From contig DAGG01000030.1 in the NCBI GenBank assembly GCA_002498125.1, positions 3 through 64,002 of the forward strand: a stretch of 64,000 nucleotides of DNA, given 5' to 3'. The notes beneath the pieces were generated by a model that did no database searches, had not been told where the DNA came from, and saw nothing but the letters and a program-made list of their open reading frames with translations. This stretch comes from Candidatus Woesearchaeota archaeon UBA525 (lineage in GTDB: Archaea; Nanobdellota; Nanobdellia; Woesearchaeales; UBA525). How positions within the stretch are numbered: the stretch's first letter is position 1; the number at the start of each line of letters is the position of its first letter. Below are positions 19,898-30,300 of this stretch, one piece after another. Made by a program: the position numbers and the translations under genes.

Positions 19898-20476
19898 CTA
19901 AGCGTGCTCAGACACAGTTTTCTGGAGCCTGTACGCATGGAGCAGCATGCCGACGTACACGATGATAAACGGAGCCACAAAGAAAAAATCATCCCGGGGG
20001 ATAAGGATTGACCAACCAGACATTCTCCAATCCACGATATTAAAGACAATGCCCAGCGCGTAAATCACCAAGGAGGTCACGAGTACCCACATCAGCCGCA
20101 GCCGGGCCATGACATACTCGTACGCATCGGGAAAGAACCTGATCCAACCCCAGGATACGAGCGTGCCTATCCCCCACCCAATGAGGAACACGGCTACGCT
20201 CAAGAGACCCAGCTCCATACCAGTCTCTAACCCCTCAGGGAAAAAAGCCGATGCGACAATCACTGCAGATGCGCCCATGATACCCAGCGTCTGGCGCTTG
20301 CCGAGCCTGAAGAGCCCTGCAGCAGCGCCACTGATAAGCGTAACCACGGGGATGATCAATGCACAGCCGAAGCATTCAGCGGACGGATGAGCATAGAGTG
20401 AATAGAGAAGAGAGATCAAGGGCAAGAAGATGAGGAACAAGAACCATGCTTGTGGGAGCCAACGAGGCACTACCAT
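19898..20476 (-). CDS. Hypothetical multi-pass membrane protein
   Basis: About six hydrophobic segments. Confidence 0.7.
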   Translation of the reverse strand: MVVPRWLPQAWFLFLIFLPLISLLYSLYAHPSAECFGCALIIPVVTLISGAAAGLFRLGKRQTLGIMGASAVIVASAFFPEGLETGMELGLLSVAVFLIGWGIGTLVSWGWIRFFPDAYEYVMARLRLMWVLVTSLVIYALGIVFNIVDWRMSGWSILIPRDDFFFVAPFIIVYVGMLLHAYRLQKTVSEHA

Positions 20477-20547
20477 CTCTCTTCTCAGAAATCTCTAATA
20501 TAAAAAGCTGCTCGCGGCAGGCAGCTGGGCACAGAGAAGCCGCGCTA

Positions 20548-21099
20548 CTACGGCTGAGTCAACGCTTCGGCGACCGCCATCAGATCTGCGAGCCCTGCAT
20601 CATACCGTTCCACACGTATCCGCGGGTAGCGCTGCAGAGTCAGGTCTATGCGATGATCGAATCCAAAGAATGCCACGCCCACCTCTGTGCGACGCAGCGA
20701 CTTGTCAATCCTCTTGGCCACATGGATGTCGCGCATGTCACGCACCATGGCTGTGGCTGCATAGTCACCGATGAATCGTATCTGCATATCCAGGAGCTTC
20801 TCTGATTCTGTGTGCATCAACCTCGCTCCTCTATCTAGGAGCGATATCACGCAAGCGCAGTTCCTGCTCCCTTCGGCTGCCAACTCCTTGAAAGGCTGTG
20901 GCGAAGGCTTGACCACGGAGTCATGGTAGATTTTATCGAGATATTCATCCTGAAGGCGAGCGTCTATACCATCCCAGTAGCGGTCCAGGAGGCCGAGGTA
21001 CTCCGGAAGCAGGTCGGGTCTGGTGATAATTGAAGAATCGTAAATGTCTCCAAGCTCCACAGGGGCGTGGGCCGTCGGGATGTAGATGAGCCGCGCCAT
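20548..21099 (-). CDS. Hypothetical protein, possibly TraB/ChaN/EreA-like fold
   Basis: LIYIPTAH...RDIHVAKRI...FFGFDH pattern. Confidence 0.6.
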   Translation of the reverse strand: MARLIYIPTAHAPVELGDIYDSSIITRPDLLPEYLGLLDRYWDGIDARLQDEYLDKIYHDSVVKPSPQPFKELAAEGSRNCACVISLLDRGARLMHTESEKLLDMQIRFIGDYAATAMVRDMRDIHVAKRIDKSLRRTEVGVAFFGFDHRIDLTLQRYPRIRVERYDAGLADLMAVAEALTQP

Positions 21100-21102
21100 G
21101 CA

Positions 21103-21387
21103 TCACTCCCTGAACACTCTCGCGTGTTGCAGCATCAACCCTTCATCCCCCTCGAACTTCGCTGGGCAGTAGGCTGCGCTCACGACGCGAGGATGCTGGA
21201 GGAGCAGAGCGACATCGCACGCACGGCTCTGGCACATGTAGGAGTACCGACCGTCGCTGCGCACAGCCCAGGTCTCCGGCAGCATATCAAGAATGGTGAG
21301 AGCGTCTACGTTACAGATGACCTCCTCATCACCAAGGAACTCTAGCTCTGCTATGAACTCTTCCCTTGCACCCATCCCAGAACACAC
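21103..21387 (-). CDS. Hypothetical protein
   Basis: Operonic with 20548..21099; TATA-like element at ~21401. Confidence 0.5.
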   Translation of the reverse strand: MCSGMGAREEFIAELEFLGDEEVICNVDALTILDMLPETWAVRSDGRYSYMCQSRACDVALLLQHPRVVSAAYCPAKFEGDEGLMLQHARVFRE

Positions 21388-21497
21388 CTGCTCTCATCCC
21401 TTTATAGGTCTGCTGTTTTGCGTTCAAACTGCGGATTAGGCCAGGAACACCGCCGGGCCAGGAAATCTTTAAGAAGAGGCGAGGGAACGAGTAACCC

Positions 21498-22787
21498 ATG
21501 CAGGAAGGCGACAGGATCAGGTTCACATACCAGCACAAGGAGATGGAAGGAGTCCTCGTCCAGCTCAAAGACGACCATGCTACCGTCAAGCTTGACAGCG
21601 GCTACAATATTATCGTGCCTGTGGAAGAACTCACCGGCATAGAAACTGAACCACTCGAAAGAACCAAGACGCCCCCAGTCAAGGTGAAGCAGGACCCAAC
21701 ACTGCCCAAGGTTTCCATACTCCACACTGGTGGGACCATCGCGAGCAAGGTCGATTACAAGACCGGCGCTGTCGTCGCTCAGTTCAATCCAGAGGAACTG
21801 ATTGCACTCTTCCCAGAGCTATTGGAGCTCGCCAACATCGAGAGCAAGCTCCTCGCGAACATGCAGTCAGACGACATGCGTTTCGCGCACTACAACATCA
21901 TCGCGCGTGCTGTACTCGAGGAGATTAACCGCGGCGTAAAAGGAGTCATCGTCACCCAAGGTACTGACACGCTCCACTACACTGCCGCGGCGCTCAGCTT
22001 CGCGCTCGAGGGACTGAACGTCCCGGTCGTGGTCGTCGGCAGCCAGCGCAGTTCTGACCGGGGCAGCAGCGATGCCGCGACCAATCTCATGGGAGCACTC
22101 CGCTTCATCGGCGAGGGCATACCTGGTGTCTACATCGCCATGCACGAGACGAGCAGCGACGACCAAATCGCTATCATCGACGGCCTCCACGGGCGCAAGA
22201 GCCACTCGAGCCGCCGTGATGCGTTCGTGAGCGTGAACGCACCGCTGGTTGCGCGTATCCCGCCCGGCAAGGTCGAAATCATCGATGCCGCCCGCGTGGA
22301 GCAGCGGAAGAAGGCTGCTGAGCGCAAACCACGCGTCCTGCCATTCAAGGAGGACCTCAAGGTCGGCCTATGGAAGTCCCATCCGCAATCGTTCAGCGAT
22401 GAACTCGCGGTGTACGAGCACTATGATGGCCTCGTCATCGAGGGCACTGGCCTCGGCCACGCACCCATAACTCCTATTGACGAGCACACGCAGGAGCACG
22501 CGCTCATCAGAGAGCGCATCGCGAGCCTCGCCAAGCGCATCCCCGTTGCTATGACGACGCAAACCATCCACGGCAGGGTGAACATGAATGTCTACTCGCC
22601 AGGACGCAGGCTACTGGAGGAAGGCGTCCTCGGTCAAGGGTGCGATATGCCACCTGAGACTGCCTTCATCAAACTCGCGTGGCTGCTCTCCAACTTCAAG
22701 AGAGAGGAGATCGCAGTACTCTACCAGCAGAACCTTCGCGGTGAGATATCAGAACGGAGTCCCTTGGAAGACAGTCACTGCGAGTGA
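21498..22787 (+). CDS. gatD: Glu-tRNA(Gln) amidotransferase subunit D
   Basis: VKLDSGYN N domain, TGGTIAS, QGTDT, SQRSSDRGSSD. Confidence 0.97.
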   Translation: MQEGDRIRFTYQHKEMEGVLVQLKDDHATVKLDSGYNIIVPVEELTGIETEPLERTKTPPVKVKQDPTLPKVSILHTGGTIASKVDYKTGAVVAQFNPEELIALFPELLELANIESKLLANMQSDDMRFAHYNIIARAVLEEINRGVKGVIVTQGTDTLHYTAAALSFALEGLNVPVVVVGSQRSSDRGSSDAATNLMGALRFIGEGIPGVYIAMHETSSDDQIAIIDGLHGRKSHSSRRDAFVSVNAPLVARIPPGKVEIIDAARVEQRKKAAERKPRVLPFKEDLKVGLWKSHPQSFSDELAVYEHYDGLVIEGTGLGHAPITPIDEHTQEHALIRERIASLAKRIPVAMTTQTIHGRVNMNVYSPGRRLLEEGVLGQGCDMPPETAFIKLAWLLSNFKREEIAVLYQQNLRGEISERSPLEDSHCE

Positions 22788-22804
22788 TTCGTCTCGCGAA
22801 GATT

Positions 22805-25800
22805 CTACTCGCAAGGTCGTGTCACAATCACTTGCACAGTCATGACTTTGCCGTCTTGTCCCATGATTGTGCCCAAAGACGCTATGTTATCGCTGCAGCC
22901 CACCATTGTCGCTGGAGCCTTTAGCTCACTCACGGAACGGATTGGTCCAGTGCAGCAGAGCGTGCTGTGCGTATCATTGAGGGTTTGCATCGAGCCGTTG
23001 CGCGCGAACTGGCACACTTGAGAGATGTTGGAGTTGCTGGGGAGCGTGCACCCACTCACACCAGCGCACTGATTGTAATCGCAGAACCCGCCGATGCTGC
23101 AATCGCTCTTGCACTCAGCAGGACGAAGCGTGATATTACGATACGTCTGCGTTGAGAAGAACCCTACCTGCGAGTCATACTTGGCATCATACCCTGTGGC
23201 GTTCCCTGTTAGGTTATGGTAGCCTGGTGTGATGGTGAAGTTGAAGATAGTTGTCACAGTCCTGTAGCTTTCGGTATCGATCCTCACGGAGGCCACCGGG
23301 AGCATGACGCGCGTATTCTCATCGATGACGCGCCCCTCCCAAGCAATCGTCGTAGACGTATTTAGGCACTTGCCAGTACCGCCATCTTCGCAGTAACCGC
23401 CAGTGCACGCGTCGCGTTCACCGAGCACGTAAACCGCAGACGCCGCAAGGTCCGGCGTGCTGTTGTAGGACTTAGTCTGGTTCACGATGCATGTGAAGGT
23501 CGCGTCGCCCTCAGTCATGCCTGCCGTAGGGCAGTTGAAGAACGCCTTGAGGCCAGACCAGCCAGTAATCGTGCAAAGGTTCTTCACGCCACCCTTAGAT
23601 AGAGTCGCGTTTGCGCTCTTGAGCGGCCCAGGGAAGCTACCTGCGGTGTAGGTGCAGTTCCCCTGCACTGTACCCTGCGGTCCGGCACAAGCGAAGCGAC
23701 CGCTCGCTTCAGCATTGCTGATCCCGACTTTGCAGTTCACATCGCCGCGCATCGCGGTCGTGCCACCATCATAATCCGCTTCGCCGTTACCATCATTGTC
23801 GAGGTTATCCATGCAGGAAGTCTCATCGCAGTAGCCGGTGACTGCGTTGATGGTCGTGCCGAGCGGGCACTCGCACGTCGCAGGAGCAGCGCCAGGATCA
23901 ACACAGACCCTGTTCGCGGTGCACGCGATACGGCTTGAGGTGTAATCGCAACGGTCAGTAGCCTCGTTGCACGTGCCCGCAGACGTCTGGTTCAAGCTCG
24001 TCGCGTCCCAGCAGGAATCAACAATCGTCGGGCACACCAATGGCGTCCCACCACCGCAAATGGTACCGCAAGCATTCTGCCAGACCTCATTCTCCATGCA
24101 GAATTTATTCAGCGGACTCGAATCACAAGACTGACCAGTCATGAACTTGCACACGCCACTGCAAGGAACCTCCGGGCTCGCACACGAAGGAGTGAACGTC
24201 CGGACCTGATTCGTACCCGACTGGTACGCGTAAACAGTATTCACCCAGCACGTAACCGTGTGCTGTTGGGGCAACGTCGTCGCAGGACACTGGAAACGAC
24301 CAGTATTCGCGTCGTCCCATTGCACCCACGGGCAATCAGCAGTCGCACCACCAGGATACGTAAGTGTCACACCCACATGCCATACTGGCGCAGGAGTATC
24401 ACACGTGACCTGGAACGGCTGCCCGGCCGTCACAGCAGGAACAAGCAGATTGCTCACCTGAATCGGACAACCACGATCGCCATGAGCACCAGTGCCACGA
24501 CCATCATAATCATACTCACTATCAGTCTGATCATCATCGCTGTTCAAGCACGCGTTGTTACCATCAGCGCCATTCTTCGCAGGATCCTCAAGGCACTTAC
24601 CATACGTCACACTCCACGTCGTGCCTGTGGGGCAGGAGCACACACCTTGGCCCTGGCAGGTCTTAAAACCATCAGCCTGGCAGTTTACATCAGTGTAAGG
24701 ATTAGAGCAGCCACTCGATGTGCAGGAAGACCCAGAATACTGGCGGGCCGTTGTCGTGGAGAGGCAGTAGCTCGTCGGGGTATTGCACGTCGTCTCAGTA
24801 TACGACGGAGAGCAAGCACTCTGGCCAGCAGGACAAGTACTACTCGTATAATCACGGAAGACATTACCAATACAAGTATCCGCAGGAGGATTACACGTGA
24901 GATCAGTATACGGATGCGAACAACCGCCTGCCGTGCAAGATGAACCGGTGTAATCGCGTAGTTTACCACCAACACACGTATCTGCCGGCGTGGTGCACGC
25001 GGTGTCAGTGTAAGCGGGGATGCAGGAACCACCACTGCATGACGAGCTTGTATAATCGCGGAAAGTGCTGCCGATGCAGTAATCAGCGGGCGGAGTGCAG
25101 GTCACATCAGTATACGGATGCGAGCAACCACCTGCGGTGCAGGATGAACCGCTATAGTCACGTAAGACACTGCTCGAGAGGCAGGCATCTGCCGGCGTGG
25201 TGCAAGCGGTGTCAGTGTAGTAGTTCGTACAAGAAGTCCCGCCAGCCAGGCAGGTAGCACTCGTGTAATCACGGAACGTACTACCGCTGCAGTAATCAGC
25301 CGGGAGGATGCAAGTGATGTCGGTGTAAGAAGGCACGCACGTATTCTGGCCCGCGGGACACGTCGAACTCGTGTAATCGCGAAGCTTGCCACCAACACAA
25401 GCATCAGCCGGAACGGTGCAAGTGTAGTCAGTGTACTCCGGATTGCAGGAGTCTATCCCCTCATTACACCAGCTGCTCGTGTAATCACGGAACTTCGTGC
25501 TCACACAGGTGTCTGCAGGGACACTGCAGTAGAGATCATCGCTAGTGCAGTAAGAAGTGGTCTGCCCAGGATTCACGCACTGTTCGTTCGTGGTGCAGTA
25601 GAGAGTGTCAGCACAGTCGGAGTTACTGTTGCACACAACACAATTCCCAGTGCCTGTGTTGCAGACCTGGCCGCCACCGCACTGTGAGCTGCTCGTGCAG
25701 CCAGGGCAGTCAGCGGGGCAGTTGGTCCTGGTCTCGCCAGGATTGCAGACACCATTACCACATTCCCAGCACTTATTGTCACCGCCTTCGGAGGCCCTGC

Positions 25801-27082
25801 GGAGGGTCACTCCTGCCTCACAGTGCAGGGCGTAATCGTTGTTACCGGTCGTATAACGGCCACCATAACCGTCAGCATAATAGGGAAACCCCGGGTCAGT
25901 GATCATGATATTGCATGCGATATCTGTGTTGGGAGGAATATTTTCAGGGCGGGGAAAAGGAGCCATGCCATCAGCACCGCAACTATTGTAGTTGCAACCG
26001 TGCCAACACCTCCCGTCATCGCAGGTGAGCCAGTACGCTGTAGGATTGCCACTCGTGTCCCATGCACGCGCATGGCAAGTGCCTCCTGCGAGTTGTGGAT
26101 AGCTCCAGGTACCGGGGCCGCTCAAGATTTTGCACTCATAAGGGGGAGTGATTGGGATGCCACCACCTATTTCGCGGCATATCTCCCCCGCGCCTGAGGA
26201 ACAGATATTACCGCAGCCTCCGCAATTGTAATCATTATTCTGCGCGACAGGGTTGCCGCCGCAACATATCTCATTGCCACCTATATTGTAATTGTTGCTC
26301 CGCGGAGTCCAGGACGTTGTGGACGTGGAGCTGTCGCACAGTTGGCAATCATTGTATGGGTTCGGGGCGCCGTCAGAGTAGCACTGTCCTCCGATAGTGC
26401 AGGTACCTGCACCGCCGCAAACGCAGGAACCGCTCTGGCAGATTGTCCCGGTGCCGCAAGAAGCGCCGTTCGCGACACAGGTGCCACCGACCATGCAACC
26501 GCTGCAGACGCAGGAACCGCTCTGACAAGTCATCCCGCTGCCGCAAGAAGCGCCGTTCGCGACACAGGTGCCGCCGACATTGCAGCTTCCGGAGGTGCAG
26601 CACAATCCTGTTCCTGCGCAGCTCGGGGGGTTGGGCGGTGTTGTTCCGCCGACATTGACGTAACCCGACTTGCACCCGCCACTGCAAGTGATACCGTTGT
26701 ACGTGTAGGAGCTACTCGGCGGCTGGTTATAGCTTCCGCACGAGTCGCCATTCCCCCAGCAGACGTCGCAGACATCCGGAGAACCGAAGGTGCAAGTACC
26801 GTCACAGGATAGCTGGCCCTGACCTCCGCAAGGAACGCATGGATATCTTGTCTGATAGCCGCAGCCCAGAGCAGTACAGCAGCTCAAGGCGTTCGCCGTG
26901 TCGCATCTTGTGCCTGCCGGGCAACTGCTACAGGCGAGAACTGCAGCGCCGCAAGCGGGATCATTGTCAACAGAATCACATACGGGCGGATCGCAAGCCG
27001 CCTCAGAAGATTGCATCGATATCAGGAAGAGAAGAGTGATGACTAGCGGACTGATGACCGGCGCCCACCCATATCTCCCCAT
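22805..27082 (-). CDS. Giant secreted Cys-rich repeat protein A (1425 aa)
   Basis: Signal peptide, disulfide-rich repeats, DNDGNG Ca-binding-like motifs, Ig-like modules. Confidence 0.85.
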   Translation of the reverse strand: MGRYGWAPVISPLVITLLFLISMQSSEAACDPPVCDSVDNDPACGAAVLACSSCPAGTRCDTANALSCCTALGCGYQTRYPCVPCGGQGQLSCDGTCTFGSPDVCDVCWGNGDSCGSYNQPPSSSYTYNGITCSGGCKSGYVNVGGTTPPNPPSCAGTGLCCTSGSCNVGGTCVANGASCGSGMTCQSGSCVCSGCMVGGTCVANGASCGTGTICQSGSCVCGGAGTCTIGGQCYSDGAPNPYNDCQLCDSSTSTTSWTPRSNNYNIGGNEICCGGNPVAQNNDYNCGGCGNICSSGAGEICREIGGGIPITPPYECKILSGPGTWSYPQLAGGTCHARAWDTSGNPTAYWLTCDDGRCWHGCNYNSCGADGMAPFPRPENIPPNTDIACNIMITDPGFPYYADGYGGRYTTGNNDYALHCEAGVTLRRASEGGDNKCWECGNGVCNPGETRTNCPADCPGCTSSSQCGGGQVCNTGTGNCVVCNSNSDCADTLYCTTNEQCVNPGQTTSYCTSDDLYCSVPADTCVSTKFRDYTSSWCNEGIDSCNPEYTDYTCTVPADACVGGKLRDYTSSTCPAGQNTCVPSYTDITCILPADYCSGSTFRDYTSATCLAGGTSCTNYYTDTACTTPADACLSSSVLRDYSGSSCTAGGCSHPYTDVTCTPPADYCIGSTFRDYTSSSCSGGSCIPAYTDTACTTPADTCVGGKLRDYTGSSCTAGGCSHPYTDLTCNPPADTCIGNVFRDYTSSTCPAGQSACSPSYTETTCNTPTSYCLSTTTARQYSGSSCTSSGCSNPYTDVNCQADGFKTCQGQGVCSCPTGTTWSVTYGKCLEDPAKNGADGNNACLNSDDDQTDSEYDYDGRGTGAHGDRGCPIQVSNLLVPAVTAGQPFQVTCDTPAPVWHVGVTLTYPGGATADCPWVQWDDANTGRFQCPATTLPQQHTVTCWVNTVYAYQSGTNQVRTFTPSCASPEVPCSGVCKFMTGQSCDSSPLNKFCMENEVWQNACGTICGGGTPLVCPTIVDSCWDATSLNQTSAGTCNEATDRCDYTSSRIACTANRVCVDPGAAPATCECPLGTTINAVTGYCDETSCMDNLDNDGNGEADYDGGTTAMRGDVNCKVGISNAEASGRFACAGPQGTVQGNCTYTAGSFPGPLKSANATLSKGGVKNLCTITGWSGLKAFFNCPTAGMTEGDATFTCIVNQTKSYNSTPDLAASAVYVLGERDACTGGYCEDGGTGKCLNTSTTIAWEGRVIDENTRVMLPVASVRIDTESYRTVTTIFNFTITPGYHNLTGNATGYDAKYDSQVGFFSTQTYRNITLRPAECKSDCSIGGFCDYNQCAGVSGCTLPSNSNISQVCQFARNGSMQTLNDTHSTLCCTGPIRSVSELKAPATMVGCSDNIASLGTIMGQDGKVMTVQVIVTRPCE
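24683..25528 (-). repeat. Eight coding tandem repeats of 34-36 aa (C-x2-PAD-x-C...RDY...C...C...YTD)
   Basis: Directly visible in the translation and the DNA. Confidence 0.9.
26415..26585 (-). repeat. Two near-identical 29-aa (87-nt) coding repeats
   Basis: C-x-VGGTCVANGASCG-x-G-x2-CQSGSCVC occurs twice. Confidence 0.85.
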
Positions 27083-27161
27083 ATACCTGTCAGCACCAAT
27101 GATATTTAAAAAGCTTCCGAGAACAGAATACTGAAACCTTTATACTTCCGGGCTCCAGGAA

Positions 27162-27315
27162 GGAACACTGGGATTCGGCTTCCCGAGAGCCATACCCCGG
27201 CGCTCGGCGGTGATTTCGCAGTGTCTCCTGCAGTGATAGGGTTCATCGCTGCGCTCGTCAGCCACTCCTCGCGGGCATTCTCATCATTGTTTTCAAAATG
27301 TTCTCGGGGGAGAAT
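27162..27315 (+). ncRNA. Candidate structured ncRNA between the giant genes
   Basis: Promoter CTGAAACCTTTATA matches the tRNA-Thr(UGU) promoter; stems ACACTG/CAGTGT, GGCT/AGCC, GCAGTGAT/ATCGCTGC; no credible ORF. Confidence 0.4.
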
Positions 27316-27327
27316 CGTACGTAGCAC

Positions 27328-30300
27328 TCACTTGCAGGGTGCAGTCACGACTACCTGCACAGTCATCACTTTGCCGTCTTGACCCATGATTGTGCCCAAA
27401 GACGCGATGTTATCGCTGCAGCCCACCATTGTCGCTGGAGCCTTCAGCTCGCTCACTGAGCGAACTGGACCGGTGCAGCAGACAGCACTATGCGTATCAT
27501 TAATCGTCTGCATCGAACCATTGCGCGCGAACTGACAGACCGGCAAGATGTTCCCATCAGAAGGCAACGTGCAACCGTTCACGCCAGCGCACTGGTTGTA
27601 ATCACAGAACCCGCCAATGCTGCAATCACTCTTACACTCAGCAATACGTAATGTGATATTATAGTAGGTCTTGTTTGAGAAGAATGGCACCTGCGAATCG
27701 TACTTTACATCATACCCGGTAGCATTGCCAGTCAGGTTGTGGTAACCTGTAATCACGTTAATGCTGAATGCTGACGTGACAGTCTGGTATGCACCCTTAT
27801 CTACCCTGACCGAACCGACAGGGATGATTGTACGGGTGTTCTCATCGAGGAGCTGTCCTTCCCACGTGACATTATTGAGGCAGATACCTGTGAGAGGATC
27901 CTCGCAGTATCCGATACTGCATCGGTCGCGCGGGCCTCCCAAGTACACTGCTGACGCCGAGAGATCCGGCGTGCTGTTGTAGGAGTTTGTCTGGTTCACG
28001 ATGCACGTGAAGGTCGCATCGCCCTTGCTCATGCCTGCAGTGGGGCACCTGAACAATGCCGTAAGGCCAGACCAGCCAGCGATCGTGCAAGAGTTCTTCA
28101 CGCTGCCTTTAGCTAGAGTGGCGTTCGCACTCTTGAGCGGCCCAGGGAAGCTGCCTGCAGCGTAGGTGCAGTTGCCCTGGACAACTCCAGCAGGACCTGC
28201 GCAGCCGTCCGTGGCTCGTGCCTCGCTAATCCCGACTTTACAGTTCACATCGCCGCGCATCGCGGTCGTGCCACCATCATAATCCGCCTGGCCGTTACCA
28301 TCATTGTCGAGGTTATCCATGCAGGACGTCTCATCGCAATAGCCAGTAGCAAGATTGATGGTCGTGCCACTCGGGCACTCGCACGTCGCGGCACTAAGAC
28401 CGGGTTGCTCACAGACCTTATTCATCGGGCAAGCCACGCGGCTTGACGTGTAATCGCAACGGTCAGCAACCTCATTGCACGTACCAACAGAAGTACGATT
28501 CAAACCAGTAGCATCCCAGCAGGAGTCGACAATTGGAGGACAAGTGTACGCATTGCCACCACCACAAGTAGTACCGCACTCATCCTGCCAAACCTCATTA
28601 ACCATGCAGAACAAATCATCGCAAGGAAGACCGGTCTGTGGCTCTTTGCAGACACCGCTGCAAGAACTGTTCGGAGGGGCGCATGAAGGAGTGAACCCGC
28701 GGGTCTGTTCGCCCTGGCCCGTGAGGTTATAGGATCTGGCATAGTTGACATAGCACCGCGCAGTATAATCCTGCGGGAACGCAGGCGCGGGGCAGTTGAA
28801 CGACATGGTGTTACCAGACCACGTAGTATCGGCGCAAGTGTACTTCGTGCCAGGCGCCGAATTGAGATAGTACTCAGCACCGATGCTCCTGAGATTCCCT
28901 ACGTTCGTCGTGCAGGAGAGCGGGAATCCAGCCCCAACAGTCGGTGCAGGAGTGCTCATGGACGCGATGCCGACCTTGCACTGGAAGTCGCCGTGTGTTG
29001 TCCCACTGTTACCATCGTAATCCTTCTCATCCTCTGTTCCATCGAAGAGATTATCGTCATTGATCGTGTTGGCGCAGTAGCTCGGATGCTCAACGCAGCG
29101 GCTGACACCTAGCCTATCCACGCCGGCAGTGGTGTTTGTAGGACAGCTCGGCGTGAAAGTCGTTGACTGATCAGTTCCTGCTTTGTAGGATTTTGCTGTA
29201 TCGACGAAGCAGGTCGCAGTATAGAGCTGAGTGTACGTGGGCGCGGTACAGTCGAATGTGATGGTGTTACCGACCCAGCTCGCTCGCGGCTCACAAGATA
29301 CTGTGCTCGGACCAGTGACGCTCACCCCGATGCTTCGAACGCCAGCAGGACTGGCGGTGCAAGTGACTGTGAATGCATCTCCTGCTCTCGGCGGCGAAGG
29401 AGAGACGCTGATGGCAGTGACTGCGACCGGACATCCGGCATCGCCCTTGACCGTCCCAGAACCGGCATAGTCGTACTCGCCGTCGCCTTGGTCATCGAGA
29501 CCACCAGTGCAAGCGTTCAGGCCATTTGTACCAGTCTTCGCGGGGTCTTCCAAACACCTACTGTACGTCGCACTCCACGTCGTACCGGTAGGACACGCGC
29601 AGGATGCGCTAGTAGGTCCAGCAGAGCCGTCGGGATCAGAGCACACCTGGTAGCCGGTGCAGGAGATGATGTTGTACGCGCAGGTGCTTGATGCTGTGCA
29701 GGTCGATGTATAGTCCTTCACGGCCGTGCTGTTATGGCAGATGCTCGGCTTCGTGCTGCAATCGCCGCAAGTGTAGGTGCCGTCGCAGCCGTCGCTCACA
29801 GTGCCGCACTCCTTCGTGCCGCACGCCTCTGACTGAGTCTTCAGGTCAGGGCAGCTCGGGTCTGTGACGCAGGATCCTCCCAGGCAGGTATAGCCTGCTG
29901 AGCACTGCAGGCCTGTGCCACAGCTCACATCAGTGCAGTGTGAAAATGGACTGGAGCTGAAGTACTCGACACCACAAGCCTTGGTCGCTGCAGAATCGCA
30001 GAGGCAAGTCTTCGGCTTGCAGAGGACCCGGATGCTATCGCATATCATGCCATAGGAAGTTCCGCCTGTGGCATTGAGGTAGTTCCTCCTTGACCCTGAT
30101 ATCTCAGGGAACCTCGAAGTATTGTCCGGTGATCCGCAGCAGACATCGTCGGCGTATATCTCCTGCTTAACGCTTGGATGCATGTTCCAGTTCATGCAAC
30201 CATAGCTTGGGCCGCCACCCGTCTCCTGGCCTGAGTATTTAGAGACGTTCAATGTGTCGTCATAAGGTTGATGCATGCTAGGATAGTAGGTGCAACTGAT

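Noticed and set aside
24683..25528. CRISPR array
   Set aside because: Degenerate in-frame coding repeats without unique spacers; no cas genes
27165..27270. Hammerhead ribozyme on the minus strand (CTGACGA...CGAAA)
   Set aside because: Stems I, II and III each give only 2-3 bp in the required register
27255..27285. HDV-like ribozyme (CTCCTCGCGG)
   Set aside because: No P1, P1.1 or P2 partners found
22805..28700. DGR template/variable repeat pair in the duplicated C termini
   Set aside because: Differences inspected are mostly synonymous and not adenine-specific; both copies are coding; no reverse transcriptase in the window
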